DNA of 60,000 nucleotides, from NCBI RefSeq assembly GCF_037042905.1, contig NC_087245.1, positions 19,780,001 to 19,840,000 on the forward strand, given 5' to 3'. Made by a program: the position numbers and the translations under genes. The notes under the pieces are model-generated. The model was not told the DNA's origin, did no database searches, and worked only from the letters and a program-made list of their open reading frames with translations. The DNA is from Lytechinus pictus. Its lineage: Eukaryota. Positions within the stretch are counted from its first letter, which is position 1, and each line of letters opens with the position of its first letter. Shown here piece after piece: positions 38,200 through 50,168 of the stretch.

Positions 38200-38940
38200 T
38201 GCAAATATTTTAAGCTCGCGCTTCGCGCTCGCTTTATTGATTTTCATGATAAAAAAGGTAATTAGAATGCCCAGATTCTAGGTCGAAATCTGAAGCACGC
38301 GCGCGCATGTTTATTCAGATACGCAGCTCGTTCTTTGATAATCATTATCAAGTTTCAGATATCAAAATGTTCTGCTAGCGCTTTACGCTCGCATTTTTAA
38401 TGTAGGAGGATTTCCAACTACTCATTCATGATTAAAAAAAACATGAACAGAGTGTCCCATTTTTTGTGTGTAAATCTCGAATTTTTCTTGTTCAGTTATA
38501 CACTTATCCTTTTCACGATTACAAAAAGTGCTTAGAATTTCAATTCTTCAGGTAGGAATATCAAAATTTTCAGCTCGCGCTTCGCGCTATCATTATTTGA
38601 TTGTTGAAATATGTAACGTCTTCATGGCTAACTGCAAGCAGCCGTTCACAGATCCTTTTTTTTATCAGATCAAAACGTATATTACAAAAATTTCTGCTCG
38701 CGCTCGCAGTAATTATTTAGTTGGATACACATCTCGTTTAGGATTACAATCATTGCCCAGAATGTTTAAATTTTAGGACAAAATACATGAAATAAAAAAA
38801 TAGCCCGCGCTCGCACTATTTAGATATGGCTTATGAGATGTTGATTTATAAGAATAAAGCTTAGAAGTGACTATTAGGACTACCCCTTCAAAGAAACAAA
38901 TAAAAATCAACTTCGAGCGGCCGATCGGGGAAAATGTGGC
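38200..38940 (-). mobile_element. Inverted relative of the 19219 repeat family
   Basis: Recurrent GCTCGCGCTTCGCGC units. Boundaries are approximate. Confidence 0.55.
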
Positions 38941-39299
38941 TGAAAACAAATTATGAACTTAGTTTTTGTGTAAAGTAATGCCCGCATGATTTCATTCTGC
39001 TGGTTGTATACTGGGCCTTATAATTTATATTAGTACAACGTTAATGGTCGAGGGTCAGACCAACCATGGATTCCTTGGACCTCTCAATCTATGGAGATTT
39101 GCTAGCAGGTCCATGGTCCTACTCCAAAGTCCCAACCCCCTGGTTCCACTAATTCTCTGGTCCTAGGTATGATCATGGAGCTATTACAGATCATGGATCC
39201 TACCATGGACCTATCATGTTTGTGTTACGGGACCTCGTCCATCCCGGACCCCATGACCCCGGTGGATCGAAATTGGGGCACGATTCCAACCGCTGACCC

Positions 39300-40321
39300 C
39301 GGGCGCTGACCGACCTATTATTACGTAACTCATAACAATCAACAAACAATCAGCTCTATGCTCACGGTATCGAAAAACGTGAGTTCCGATGTCATATTTG
39401 ATTGTTCCCCGGGATCATTCCTTGGGGGCTTTTCAAATAATTCTTGTATTTAAATATCTTGGCACAAAAAGTATCATTTGTAATATTTTACAGGTAAGAA
39501 ATCCTAATGAAATATGTTTTCATTAACTTTATATGTCTGTATGTTTCCCCGCAAAAATGCATACAATGAATGCATGTGTAGCGTTCAAAAGCGATGACAA
39601 AATAACCCCCGCTGAAGAATGTATTCTTCCAAGGCACGTGTATCTGACAAATGTGTTGATGGGTTTCGTTCTGTGTGCATGTGTGGAATTAAAGTCTACA
39701 GAGCTCGAAATGCAGTTTATGTATTACCTAAGCGACCTAATTTTAGAGTGAACTCACGTTGGGGTGCAGACGATATCTGAAAGTGGGGATATGGATGCGG
39801 CATAACCAGAAAATAATTAATATTGCGCTATTTCCTTCTCGATGTACTTTCGAGATAGATAACTGCCCTCTTTGCCAGATATCGGGCAAGAAACATCTCG
39901 CATTGTACTATCTTGCAGTAGGATGCAATTGTCTGTGTATAAGAACGATAAATCTACAAGAAAGTCTTGAGAATCTTTCTCGCTCTCGAAGGAATCAGAC
40001 GTGTCTCCGGTCCACGACTAGTCGCTTGCTCGGGAACAAAACTCGGTCACCAGTTCAACTCGTCGGATATCCATCGATATCGAAAAGCTTCGCATCCAGT
40101 GCAGCAGCGCACCTGTCGAACATTAAAATCTTTATTTCAGCGGGGAAAGTCAAACAGGGTCTATCAACGCTATTTTGTATACATTGATGAAGACTGAAGG
40201 AACTGCCAAGTGTCGTCTGCTACATATAATAACTGCCAGGACTTTAACGGCAAAACACTACCAACAGTCGGTGATCCTTGTTTAATTCTGTTGTGTCTGG
40301 TGTTTTTAGAGTTCAAAACTG
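39300..40321 (+). promoter_or_regulatory. Candidate promoter and non-coding first exon of the nuclear receptor
   Basis: CpG-rich, non-repetitive stretch ending in a strong CTG|GTGAGT donor at 40322. Contains D-box ATTACGTAAC (39320-39329) and E-boxes at 39376, 39635 and 39755. The ATG exon begins with an acceptor, so an upstream exon is required. The start boundary is approximate. Confidence 0.5.
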
Positions 40322-43300
40322 GTGAGTTTTCATGGCATCGCAATTGAATTGCATTTCTTTGAATCTAGACTCATTGTCAAGAAGATATACACAATCGGTA
40401 TACAATGTCTGAAACTAAAATTAGACCTAGAATCTATGGTTCTACCTCCCGGCTTCCACTTCGATCCCTGGTAAAGTTTCAAGGCAGAAGTAGATCAAAG
40501 TATGCAAGCTAGGTCAGGAAGCTCCGCCGGGGAAATCTCTATATTCTGTCGAGATCTATTGCCTGACAAACTCACCTGAAATATCTTGCTTAGATCTTGA
40601 TTTGATTTTGCAATTAACACAATACATAAAGTTTTATCGGCAAATAACACAATAATTTTAGCCATATTAACTCGAATTAGATCTAGTAAGAACTTGGGTT
40701 AATCCATGGACCTACAGAGTCGGCACAGAGTAGTACAGGTCCATGGTTAATAATCTAACATTAAAATTTTCAGCGAGGATTCTTAATCTGATTTTGATAT
40801 GTTACTTGTATTGTAGTACTACTAGTAGCTAGGCCTAGGCCCTATATATATCACCAAACTTTGTTTTTGGCCTATTTAACATTTACAGATTCGTTAAACA
40901 GTAGCCCATATCCTTAAAAGCTTAAAGCAGAGCAACGTAACCGTATGTAAGGGTCAAGAATTATTTAGTAAAATCCCGAATAAAATTTAATTGTTAATTA
41001 TTTTTACTGAAGAATTATGGGGCTTAATATATTATTTATTTATTCATAGACTTCTATTCATATTCCACAAATCCTCAAAGTAGCCTACATTTCATAATAA
41101 ATCATTCACAATGATAAGATAGGCCTATATCAATTACCGGTACTGCATATTAAACACTTGCATGGTTGAAACTTACCAATAAAATGAAAAAAAGAGGAGG
41201 GGCGTACTGAAAAGCAAAAGTTTGTAAGATATTATAGGCCTAATTATATTATAAATTGTTATTTAATTGATGTCATTTTTCGTGGCATTGGAAATTGAAC
41301 TTGAAACTTGATTACTTATGTTGATACATGTCATGATTTTATTTGAAAAAAAATAGAGTTTTACTTTTTTTTTTTTAAACGCGCCTTTTCGAGGTGGGAT
41401 GCGCTGATCAATGCTGAGCTTTATGAATTTTTAGTAACATTGGTAATACCACCTGTTACTCTATTTTTAATAATAATTGTTCATAAATCTTCCGATAATG
41501 ACATGATCACTTTTTAACTTATTACCTTGGATTTTGAGGGGTATTTCTCGGGCCTTTGGGATCCACCCACTAACAGATCTTTGGTGAAGGAATTGCGATG
41601 TGCCGGGGCGATGTACTAGTGGATCGCATCGTCTGCGAATGTCCAATCTGCATTGCACTGCGTGTAACGACCATAGACGACCTATTCCGTCTTAAAATCT
41701 AGAGCATGCATGTCGCGTGGCTCGTGCACGTGAGGACGGTTTTAGAAGGTCAACAATAAATACAGTCTCGTATCTCGTAGGCTTTACTCGGCAATTAAGC
41801 TTGCGGATTCCCTAAATCCAAGAGATTTTGTGTAGTATATTACAAAAATTTAATATCATTAGACTATCAAGCTATGATTGTATTTTTACTGTAGTCATTA
41901 TTGTCCCCTGGCATTGTTTATAGCAAAGCAATTTTTTTTTTTTATGTTGATGAGCGAATTTGCCTGATCGATGTAGACTAGTTTGATTTCTTAATTCTCG
42001 GTCACAGCACTGAAATACATTGCACGTTACGTAACATGAACACCTACATGTTGGCTTGTGCATGGCTGACTGCTTCTACTTTTAACATGGAAGTTGGAAC
42101 AGACCAGAGCTGAGGTCGAGGTCAGTCAGTGCTTGCATGCAGTAGTATGTATGGTTTTCGCCTTTATTTTTGAAAAGTCTTAATTATAGGAAACCAAAAC
42201 CAAAGAAGAGAAGCAATATGTTATTGGAAATAGTAAAACAAGAGGAACAATTTTAAACAAGTTTCATCAAAATCGGTTATGAGATAGGCAACTTCATGGA
42301 CGTTTAAAAAGTCTTGTTATATTAACTTGGTTGTCACTTGATTGTATATAATCATGTGATATATTTCATTTTGTTTTTATTATTAATAGAATGATTTTTA
42401 TTCTCTTTCAATTTGTTATTGTAATGTATGGTGACCCCTTATTATTTCTGTGGGGTCTCCGAGCCATCTATGTAACTGTTAATATACCACTAGACCCCTC
42501 TAGTATTTGGTTTTTTTTTCTTTGGGTTTTTTTTTTTTTGGGGGGGGTGTTACTTTGTGAATCTGTTAATCTTGTTTTGTTTATACTTATGGTTGAATAA
42601 ATGACTTCAAATTATTGTCTAGCTGAAAAGAAAGGGGCCTAATCATAAATTTGCACTCAATGGCTGGTGTGCCTGTTGAAACAAGTTTCAATACAATACT
42701 TTATCCGTAATATTTATTTTGTAATTATCTATGTTACTGTTTGAATATTTTTTTTTGTCATTAATTATTACCTTGTAATACATCGCAATTCGGCCTTAGC
42801 CGCGATGATGTCTTGATTTTATTAATAAACCATTTATCTATCTATCATCTTCAAATTTATTTACTATTGAATTGCAATTGATTGCAAATATTTTCTTGAA
42901 GAGAACATATCCCAAAGCATTAGTTGAGCGGGAGTAACTGTTAGAAAGTGATGCAAAGTAGCCCTTAAAAACAAAACATAATTCCCTGAATCCGAGAGGC
43001 AAAGTTAAAGTACATCGTGATCTTGCATTCCTTTTTTAAAACCTGGCTTTCCACTTGATCATTTTCAATATCAGTTTTTATTTCCTCATACAATAGACCC
43101 TATCATTTGGTATTGTGTAGGGCATGACTTCATCTCTCAGACAGCTAGCTCTCCCTGAAAAGCACTGTCATACATGTATTACTAGTAGTTGGAAATTCAG
43201 ACAGCCACCATCATAGAAAATTTAGTTTACTGCTACAGTTGGTGTGTCGCTATGTGAGATAATGTGTTTACATGTAACAGCCCAACTCCTGATGAAATGG

Positions 43301-44289
43301 AGAATATTTATCAATCTCTTTAATGTTGGCCATTCAACTTAAAATTGAACTGGGTGATTGAATTGAAAGAATATTTATAAAGTAAATTTACCTAGAAAGA
43401 AGGATTTTGAAATATATTTTGCTTTTTTATGTATTAAATACAAAACACTTATTAGATTTGGCATATGACATATTCCTTATTCAGTGGTAGGGTGCTAGGC
43501 ATTTTTTTATGAATTTAGGCCTACATATTGATCAGTACAGATAAGATCAGAATTTATTTGATCTTCCTGTAGAAATATAATGGATGTTCATATCCTTTGA
43601 AACACATATAGATAAATGCAATCATGTGGTATAAGGAATAACTGTCAAAACCCTCAAAATGACGTATATATTTCGCAGAAGGGCCTATTGAATTAGATTC
43701 GCTCTGGGTGAAAATAAAATGGTTGTTTGCATGTCTTTATTTGGATGGCCGCCAACCCGATGGTGTAAATAGTGCTTGCCTATATGAGACTCAGACCTTT
43801 GTGGTGTTCCAAGTTCATGGGAAGTTCGTGTGTGCAATTATTGTTGGCCTCTTTTTAGTACAATACACATAGTCTCTTGTATGAGACCCTCTTTACAGGA
43901 TTTAAAAAATAAATTCTGCAAAATTACAAATGTGAATGTACTGTAGTTAATTTGTTATAAATAGGGGTGGCACTATGTTATTTTGATGGGTAGACTGACA
44001 TTTGCTCCTGCGACAATTGCTCCTCCGATTATATCTCTGGCCATACAAGCCAAGCTTAGGTGAAGGTTAGGGTTGTGATAGGGTGTTTGGTTTATAATTG
44101 TGGAAGGATTAGGGTTATGTATGTGTATGTAGGTTTCAAGGTTTGTCTATGTTTGGATCTTTGGCCTGATCAATGGGCACTGCATGGAGCAAATGTCATA
44201 TAGAAAGGAGGCAAATCAACACTTATTTTTCACACAAAAAAAAGATCTACATGTCTTTGTTTTCTCTAAACAATATTTCAATTTTTAAA

Positions 44290-44618
44290 GATTTGACAGA
44301 TAATGACCAACTTGGTTGAACCAAAAAATGTTAAAACAATGAAAATTCCACATGTTAAGGGAGGAGTAAAACTTTGATTCACAAGACAATGAGAAAATTG
44401 AAATGGAATAAAAAAATTGTGAGTAGGTGATGCCATCAGTCTCCTAATTCGCATATAGAACGAGATGTGCTTATAACTGTTTTTGTGAAATTAAGTGAAA
44501 CTTTTAAATGTCATAAGTTTCTTATTTTACATCTGAATGTCATGAAACTTTCAGGGTGTCGTATTTTTCTCTGTTTATATTCAAGTCAATTTTTTGTTGA
44601 GGTGGACTTGTCCTTTAA
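44290..44618. mobile_element. Partial TTAA-type (Kolobok-like) MITE
   Basis: Right end GGTGGACTTGTCCT|TTAA. The left end was not resolved. Confidence 0.45.
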
Positions 44619-45412
44619 GAGATGATAATCATCTAATTCAATAATCTCAAGCCTCTAGCCCACTATGTCTAAACCTCCAGGCAGTGAAATTAATTTGAAA
44701 TAAGATTGGATGCAACATAAACTGTGCAAGTCTGGAAAAGATTAAATGTAGTTCCTGCTTATGGCAACGGGGAAACAATATCAAGAATCGAAGGGGCCAT
44801 GTTTTGCCATATGGAGAAACTAGGGCAGTTCATTTCTGTCTTGCACTTGGACTTGAGTCAAAAGTTGAAGCCTTGCTGTTTTGCGCTTGCTTGCTTGCTC
44901 AGTATTACAACCTTCCATGTTTTATTTTCAAGAGCAGGAAAACCTTGTGTGTTTAGGGGGTAGGGGAAAAATGAACTACACTACCAATATATAAACTGTT
45001 CCCTGGATTAGAATAGATATGAGCCTGTATTATGGTGACCGTTTTTGAAAGTCACTGTTTAACCATGGAGCTATTAACTTTACTATTGATATTGGGCAAC
45101 CAATCCTGTTACTTTTTATTAGTTGAATGCAAATGATTACAGTGTATATAATTAATGGTCATGAATATGGCCTACTTAAGTTACGTAAAATTTGTATTGC
45201 CTATTTGAATCTTACAACACTATCTTGTGTTTGTGGTCATTTTGGTGTATCTTAATTCAGTCTACATGGATTATAATTCCACCATGTTCTCTTTTATATT
45301 TTGATAGGGAGATGAGCCTTTTTGTGAGGACAGTGGTCTTTCTATCTTTACTTTAGCTCTCTCTCTCTCTGTTTGTTCTTTGTTCTCTAAACCTTGCTCT
45401 TGGATATAACAG

Positions 45413-45655
45413 ATTTTTCGTCCCAGATCATGAACTTGCCAACGAGAATGGTGCCATAGTACACCTAGCTGTGCTAAATTGCCAAGAATTGGGTCGGGTT
45501 CAATCTCCAAATGCTAGCCAGGCTGATAAATGGGTCAACAGAGTTGAATTTTGGAGGAGCTGTTTTTGTCGCGGATGCATGCTGTAGCAGCGATCCCCGC
45601 TTGCTCCAAATATCGCTTTCGTGGCTTCAGTGCCCTTAACACACATGCGCAATGG
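45413..45655 (+). other. Candidate internal 5'-UTR exon of the nuclear receptor
   Basis: Long polypyrimidine tract and CAG at 45410-45412, donor GG|GTGAGC at 45656. All three frames contain stops. Confidence 0.4.
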
Positions 45656-47970
45656 GTGAGCCCAATTTAATTTATTTGAGCCTTGCCATTGCCATTTCTC
45701 TGTAACTAGGTCAAGTAACCTGCAATAGCGCAGTACAATGTAGGTCTCCTATTAGCGCTTTTTCAAAGGTCATGCAGACCTGGAATCGAAGGTTTCATTC
45801 GTTTACCTTCTTTTTATGGGGTTAATTATTGTTTCAGCTTCGTTCCGGTATTTTAAGACAGCAGTAAGTACCTGATAAGTGCTGGGTTGTAACTTCAGGG
45901 GTAATGGCTCATTATGGTGAACATAAAATTAAGTATGGTATATGATTCAAATCAAAATAAAGACGGTGAAACATATATAAAATAGTCATCTAGCAAACCT
46001 CTTTTTGTTCTTCAATTTCTTTTTTTTGGTCTATCTTTTTGACAGTGCAGGCTCATGTACAGTATACCCAGTTGTTGTGTGTCCGGACAGGTTGTGTGTC
46101 CGGACGATCAATTTTAGAAAGTAATTTGGAAAAATTTACAAGCGAAGTTTCATCAATTTTTAGTACATAGTGTTAGGAAATATTACAGAGAACAAAATAG
46201 AAGATGATTACAACTATTGAATTCATATTTTTAGTGTAATTAATCCAAAGACAAAAAAGAAGGCTTAAAAAATATAAAGTGTCCGGACACCCGACTCCCC
46301 ATCCTACATGTATAACTGTATACCTTCATAATACTGTCAAAAAAATGAAGAGTTGTATCACTACAAGAAATGCTGAAAATAAGAGATTGTGTGTGATTGG
46401 ATTGAGTTTAGATCTAAGACTAGCTAGCACTAGTGAATCAGGTGTATAGGCCCTACAGATCTTTGTCATTGAATTCGGTTGAAACCATTTTCAAGAGATT
46501 TGTCATCACTCCTTGCTGAACTGCAATCTCTGGGTCCACTTATTGCTCTACTGATTGACATGTAATCTTGACTTTGTTTGGTTGATGGCTATTTCTATTT
46601 TGGCCGAAGGTGGGTCGGGTCAATGCAGTCATACTTCCACAAATAGAGGCCGAGCTTGGAGGCATGTTGATGTCCTTTATTTCTTTACATCACTCCTTGT
46701 CTTTCTCTTCTTCTTTCCTCTTCTCTTCATTTTTCTGTTCTTTCTCTCCCTACCTTTTTGTTATCTTTTTTTTTTGCTTCTTCCTGGTACATGTATGTTT
46801 GCCAAATGAATACACCCGTCCACACGTCTCTTTAATATGAACCAGATATTTGTAGGTACACTGTATGCTTAAATAAGTGTTAATATTGTTTGAAATGAAT
46901 ATTTTTCATTTATATCCTATTTCACTTTTCATAAAAACAAAAAAAAATTTCTTAATATTCTGATTCTTTTTCACTATTTTTCCTCTTTTAATATAGGTCT
47001 TTACGATTATGTATTTCTCATCCCATTTGGCCCTATTTCTCTCTCGAGCCCCCTCTCTGTCTTCATCCACTACTAGTATTTTCTTTCTGTTAATTTCATT
47101 CCTTCTTCCTTCCTTCTGCTTTCTTCGAAAGAAGGTCGGTTCAAGTATACTTGACATTATTCTATGGCATAGGTCACACGTACTTGGCCCTGAAACTCTG
47201 ACGAAAAATGGAACTCGCAAAGTTAGGCAAATATGCAGTAGTCTACACTGCGGGACTTTGTTTCACTATCTCTCTCATCCCACATTCAGTCTTGAATCAC
47301 TGCACGAGCTGATTAATTCCAGGGAGATATGATTATAAATGAGCACTGGAATGAAAGAAGTCCGCATTTTGATAGTTGATTTTGTTTGCCCAAACAGTCC
47401 TGATCCCAATCAATGAATACCAATGAATACAAACTATTTTGGGTGTTTCCTTTGGACTTTGTCTCTTCAGTGAGTATATTTTCACATCTATTTTGCTTTC
47501 TGTTTGAATTATAAATCAATCAAATATTAGAGATTATGAAACATGAAAAGTTCAGTGGGCTGTTGTGTACCAAATAAAGACATTCTTTTTTTCAAAAACC
47601 GCTACATGCGTTTTACCCAAAGTTATTTCTTTCCCCTTCAGAAGGAACTTTGTATTTCAGTTTTGATGGTATGTGGAAATACAATACCACATGTCAGTCA
47701 GTGTTCAATGATTTAAATGAATAGTAAAATGAAAAAGTTACAAAAATGAATTCAATAATCACTTCAATGTATTTACCTAAACCTGAATAGGCAATATTTA
47801 TTTGAGTGATTTATAGTACAGTATGTATCAATAATAGGTTTTTATCAGTGCTCCCAAAGGGGAAACCCCTTGAAAGAAAAAGACCGTGACTTAATCTGCT
47901 GTACACATCAATAGAAGGAGTTGTACTGACATTGTCTCTTTACGCTCTTTCATTAACCTCTGGTACAATA

Positions 47971-48446
47971 GGTGGTTTCAGACCGCCTCGAAGTTCGCCA
48001 GTTCCAGGTATTCTCTGATCGGGAAATTTACCCCGATCAGAAAATACCAGGTATTTTGGCGGTGTGAAAGCAAACTACGCGTAATATCCCCGAAAGAAAA
48101 TACCCGATAAATAGTAGGTACTTGGCGAAATTACGAGAACTTTCGCGGGGATTTTTCCAAGGTCGTGGGTATTTTGGCGGTCTGAAAGCAAATTACGGGA
48201 ACTTTTAGCCCAGCGTGTCGTTGGGTGCGGCGCCGTGCATGGGTTGCTGCTGGGCTAGTGATTTCGAATTTCGCGCCTTGCTGCTTATCAGACCATACTG
48301 CGCATGCTCGTAACTTCAGGAACTTATCCCGAAGGGTATGTTTCAGGGCGGTGTGAATGCAGGAATAATTAATGGGTATTTTTCAGCCTAAAAAAGTTCT
48401 CGTAATTTAACGGGGATTCTTGTGATCGAGGCGGTTTGAAACCACC
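47971..48446. mobile_element. PIF/Harbinger-like MITE, well preserved
   Basis: TIR GGTGGTTTCAGACCGCCTCGA / TCGAGGCGGTTTGAAACCACC (1 mismatch), internal GGCGGTNTGAA repeats, GC-rich relative to its flanks. Confidence 0.8.
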
Positions 48447-48595
48447 TATTGGCCTAATTATCTAAAATATTAATTATTGCATTTATTGTATCATTCTCCC
48501 TGACAAAGTAGGTTATTACAACAGTTCCAGGTGTATTTTCCTTTAAATTGAAATTCAAATGGACTGACTATTCAAAAGAAGACAATTCTATATAA

Positions 48596-49085
48596 AGGAA
48601 TGTTCACTCTGTTGACAAAGAGTTGTAATAATAGAAAAAAAAGGGAGAAACATTGGTGAAGGTTTGAGGGAAATGCATCAAAGATGCATCAAAAGTTACT
48701 AGATTTTTATTTGTGATGTCATATGCAAGCAGCTTCCCTACATGTATGTACAGTGTATGTGTAGTAAAAAAAAATGGAATGTCATTTTCTCAAACAATTG
48801 CAAATGGTTTTAGTGTACCTTCAGTATTATTTCAAACCTGCTCCTGAAAGAAAAAAAGAATAGTCATCATGAACCATCCATGAATTGAAATGTAGGCATT
48901 TCATTTTACATAACATATGGGCTGACTGCTTGTATATGAAGTCACAAATTAAAAAATATTAATATTCTCATAATTTTTTAAATATTCAATGGATTTTCCT
49001 CAAACCACCATTATTACTTATTATTTTTTCTAGTATTTTTACATTACATTTTACAACTTTACTTTTTTCAGGATGAACGTTCCCT
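48596..49085. mobile_element. TTAA-type (Kolobok-like) MITE
   Basis: ATAA|AGGAATGTTCACTCTG ... CAGGATGAACGTTCCCT|TTAA with internal inverted similarity. Confidence 0.6.
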
Positions 49086-49955
49086 TTAAAAGAAATGAAG
49101 AACCCAACCACACAAGTAGCTAAATAGCATCATATAGAACAAAAGTCAGCTCATGGGAAAAGATGTGATTTTGAATTATTAATACAACAAATAATGTTTA
49201 TTCAGAGATGTCAATTATTTCAAAGCAAGCACCCTATGTGCCAGATCCCAATTAATAGGATACTGTTAATTTGTGAATCATGTGTGTGTGCACGTTTATT
49301 TAAGTAACATCGTCGTGACTTAATATAATTTTGTGGTATGACGGAATACATCAATTCTTCCATATTCATTGTCTCTTTGTTTTTTGCTCATCGAATTTGG
49401 GCAGGTGAAGCCTGTGACACCCTATAACCACCGAACTCAAGTTCGTCTCGGTCATTCTAAATACATGCACATTACATAATCCTGCTTGGATATTGTTTTA
49501 ACCTCGAGGTACATGTTAGATAACCCTTCTGTGACGAGTGTTCAACTCTCTTTGTCCACAATCCAGTATTCATATGAGGTAGAGTATTGTGGATGTGATG
49601 AATTAATCCTCATTGATTGAATTAACTATGACGGAGATGAAGAGGGAGGGGGAGGTCAAGCCATTTGATGAAACAGATCAAGTGCTCTTTCTTGTCACCT
49701 GCAGCCATTGTCATTAAAGGATTCAGCTTCAGTTGATCATTATCATCTCTTAATCTGGTGTGAGGGAAAGTGAAATAGTGAGCTTACAGGAACAAAAGCA
49801 TGAGAATAAGAACAATAAAGGGGGTAGCGGTGAAAAAAAAACCCTCGCTGGTCTGAATATGATTTATCCCTCAAATTGCAAAAAAAGTCCCCAGAAAATT
49901 AAGATAATTAAGAAAACATATGTTGAAGGTAATTAGGCATTCAATTAGGCATATA

Positions 49956-50168
49956 CATTGGTGCTCAAAAGTTAGTGAACCCCACTAGAAAACGAGCATA
50001 ATGTGTTCAAGCTCTGCCTTATTTCATATATTTTTAATTGTCAAGTGATAAAATATTACATTAAATAAAATGTGTTTTTCTGGGCTTGTTGAACATTGTA
50101 GTGTTGTCAACATTCGGCATGGAGGAGTGCATTTTGTTGTCAGGTTCACTAAGTTTTGAGCACAACTG
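49956..50168. mobile_element. Tc1/mariner MITE
   Basis: TA|CATTGGTGCTCAAAAGTTAGTGAACC ... GGTTCACTAAGTTTTGAGCACAACTG|TA. Confidence 0.8.

Noticed and set aside
39759..40187. 142-aa ORF near the putative receptor promoter
   Set aside because: It has a non-ATG start and no recognisable homology; it is better explained as promoter or UTR sequence.
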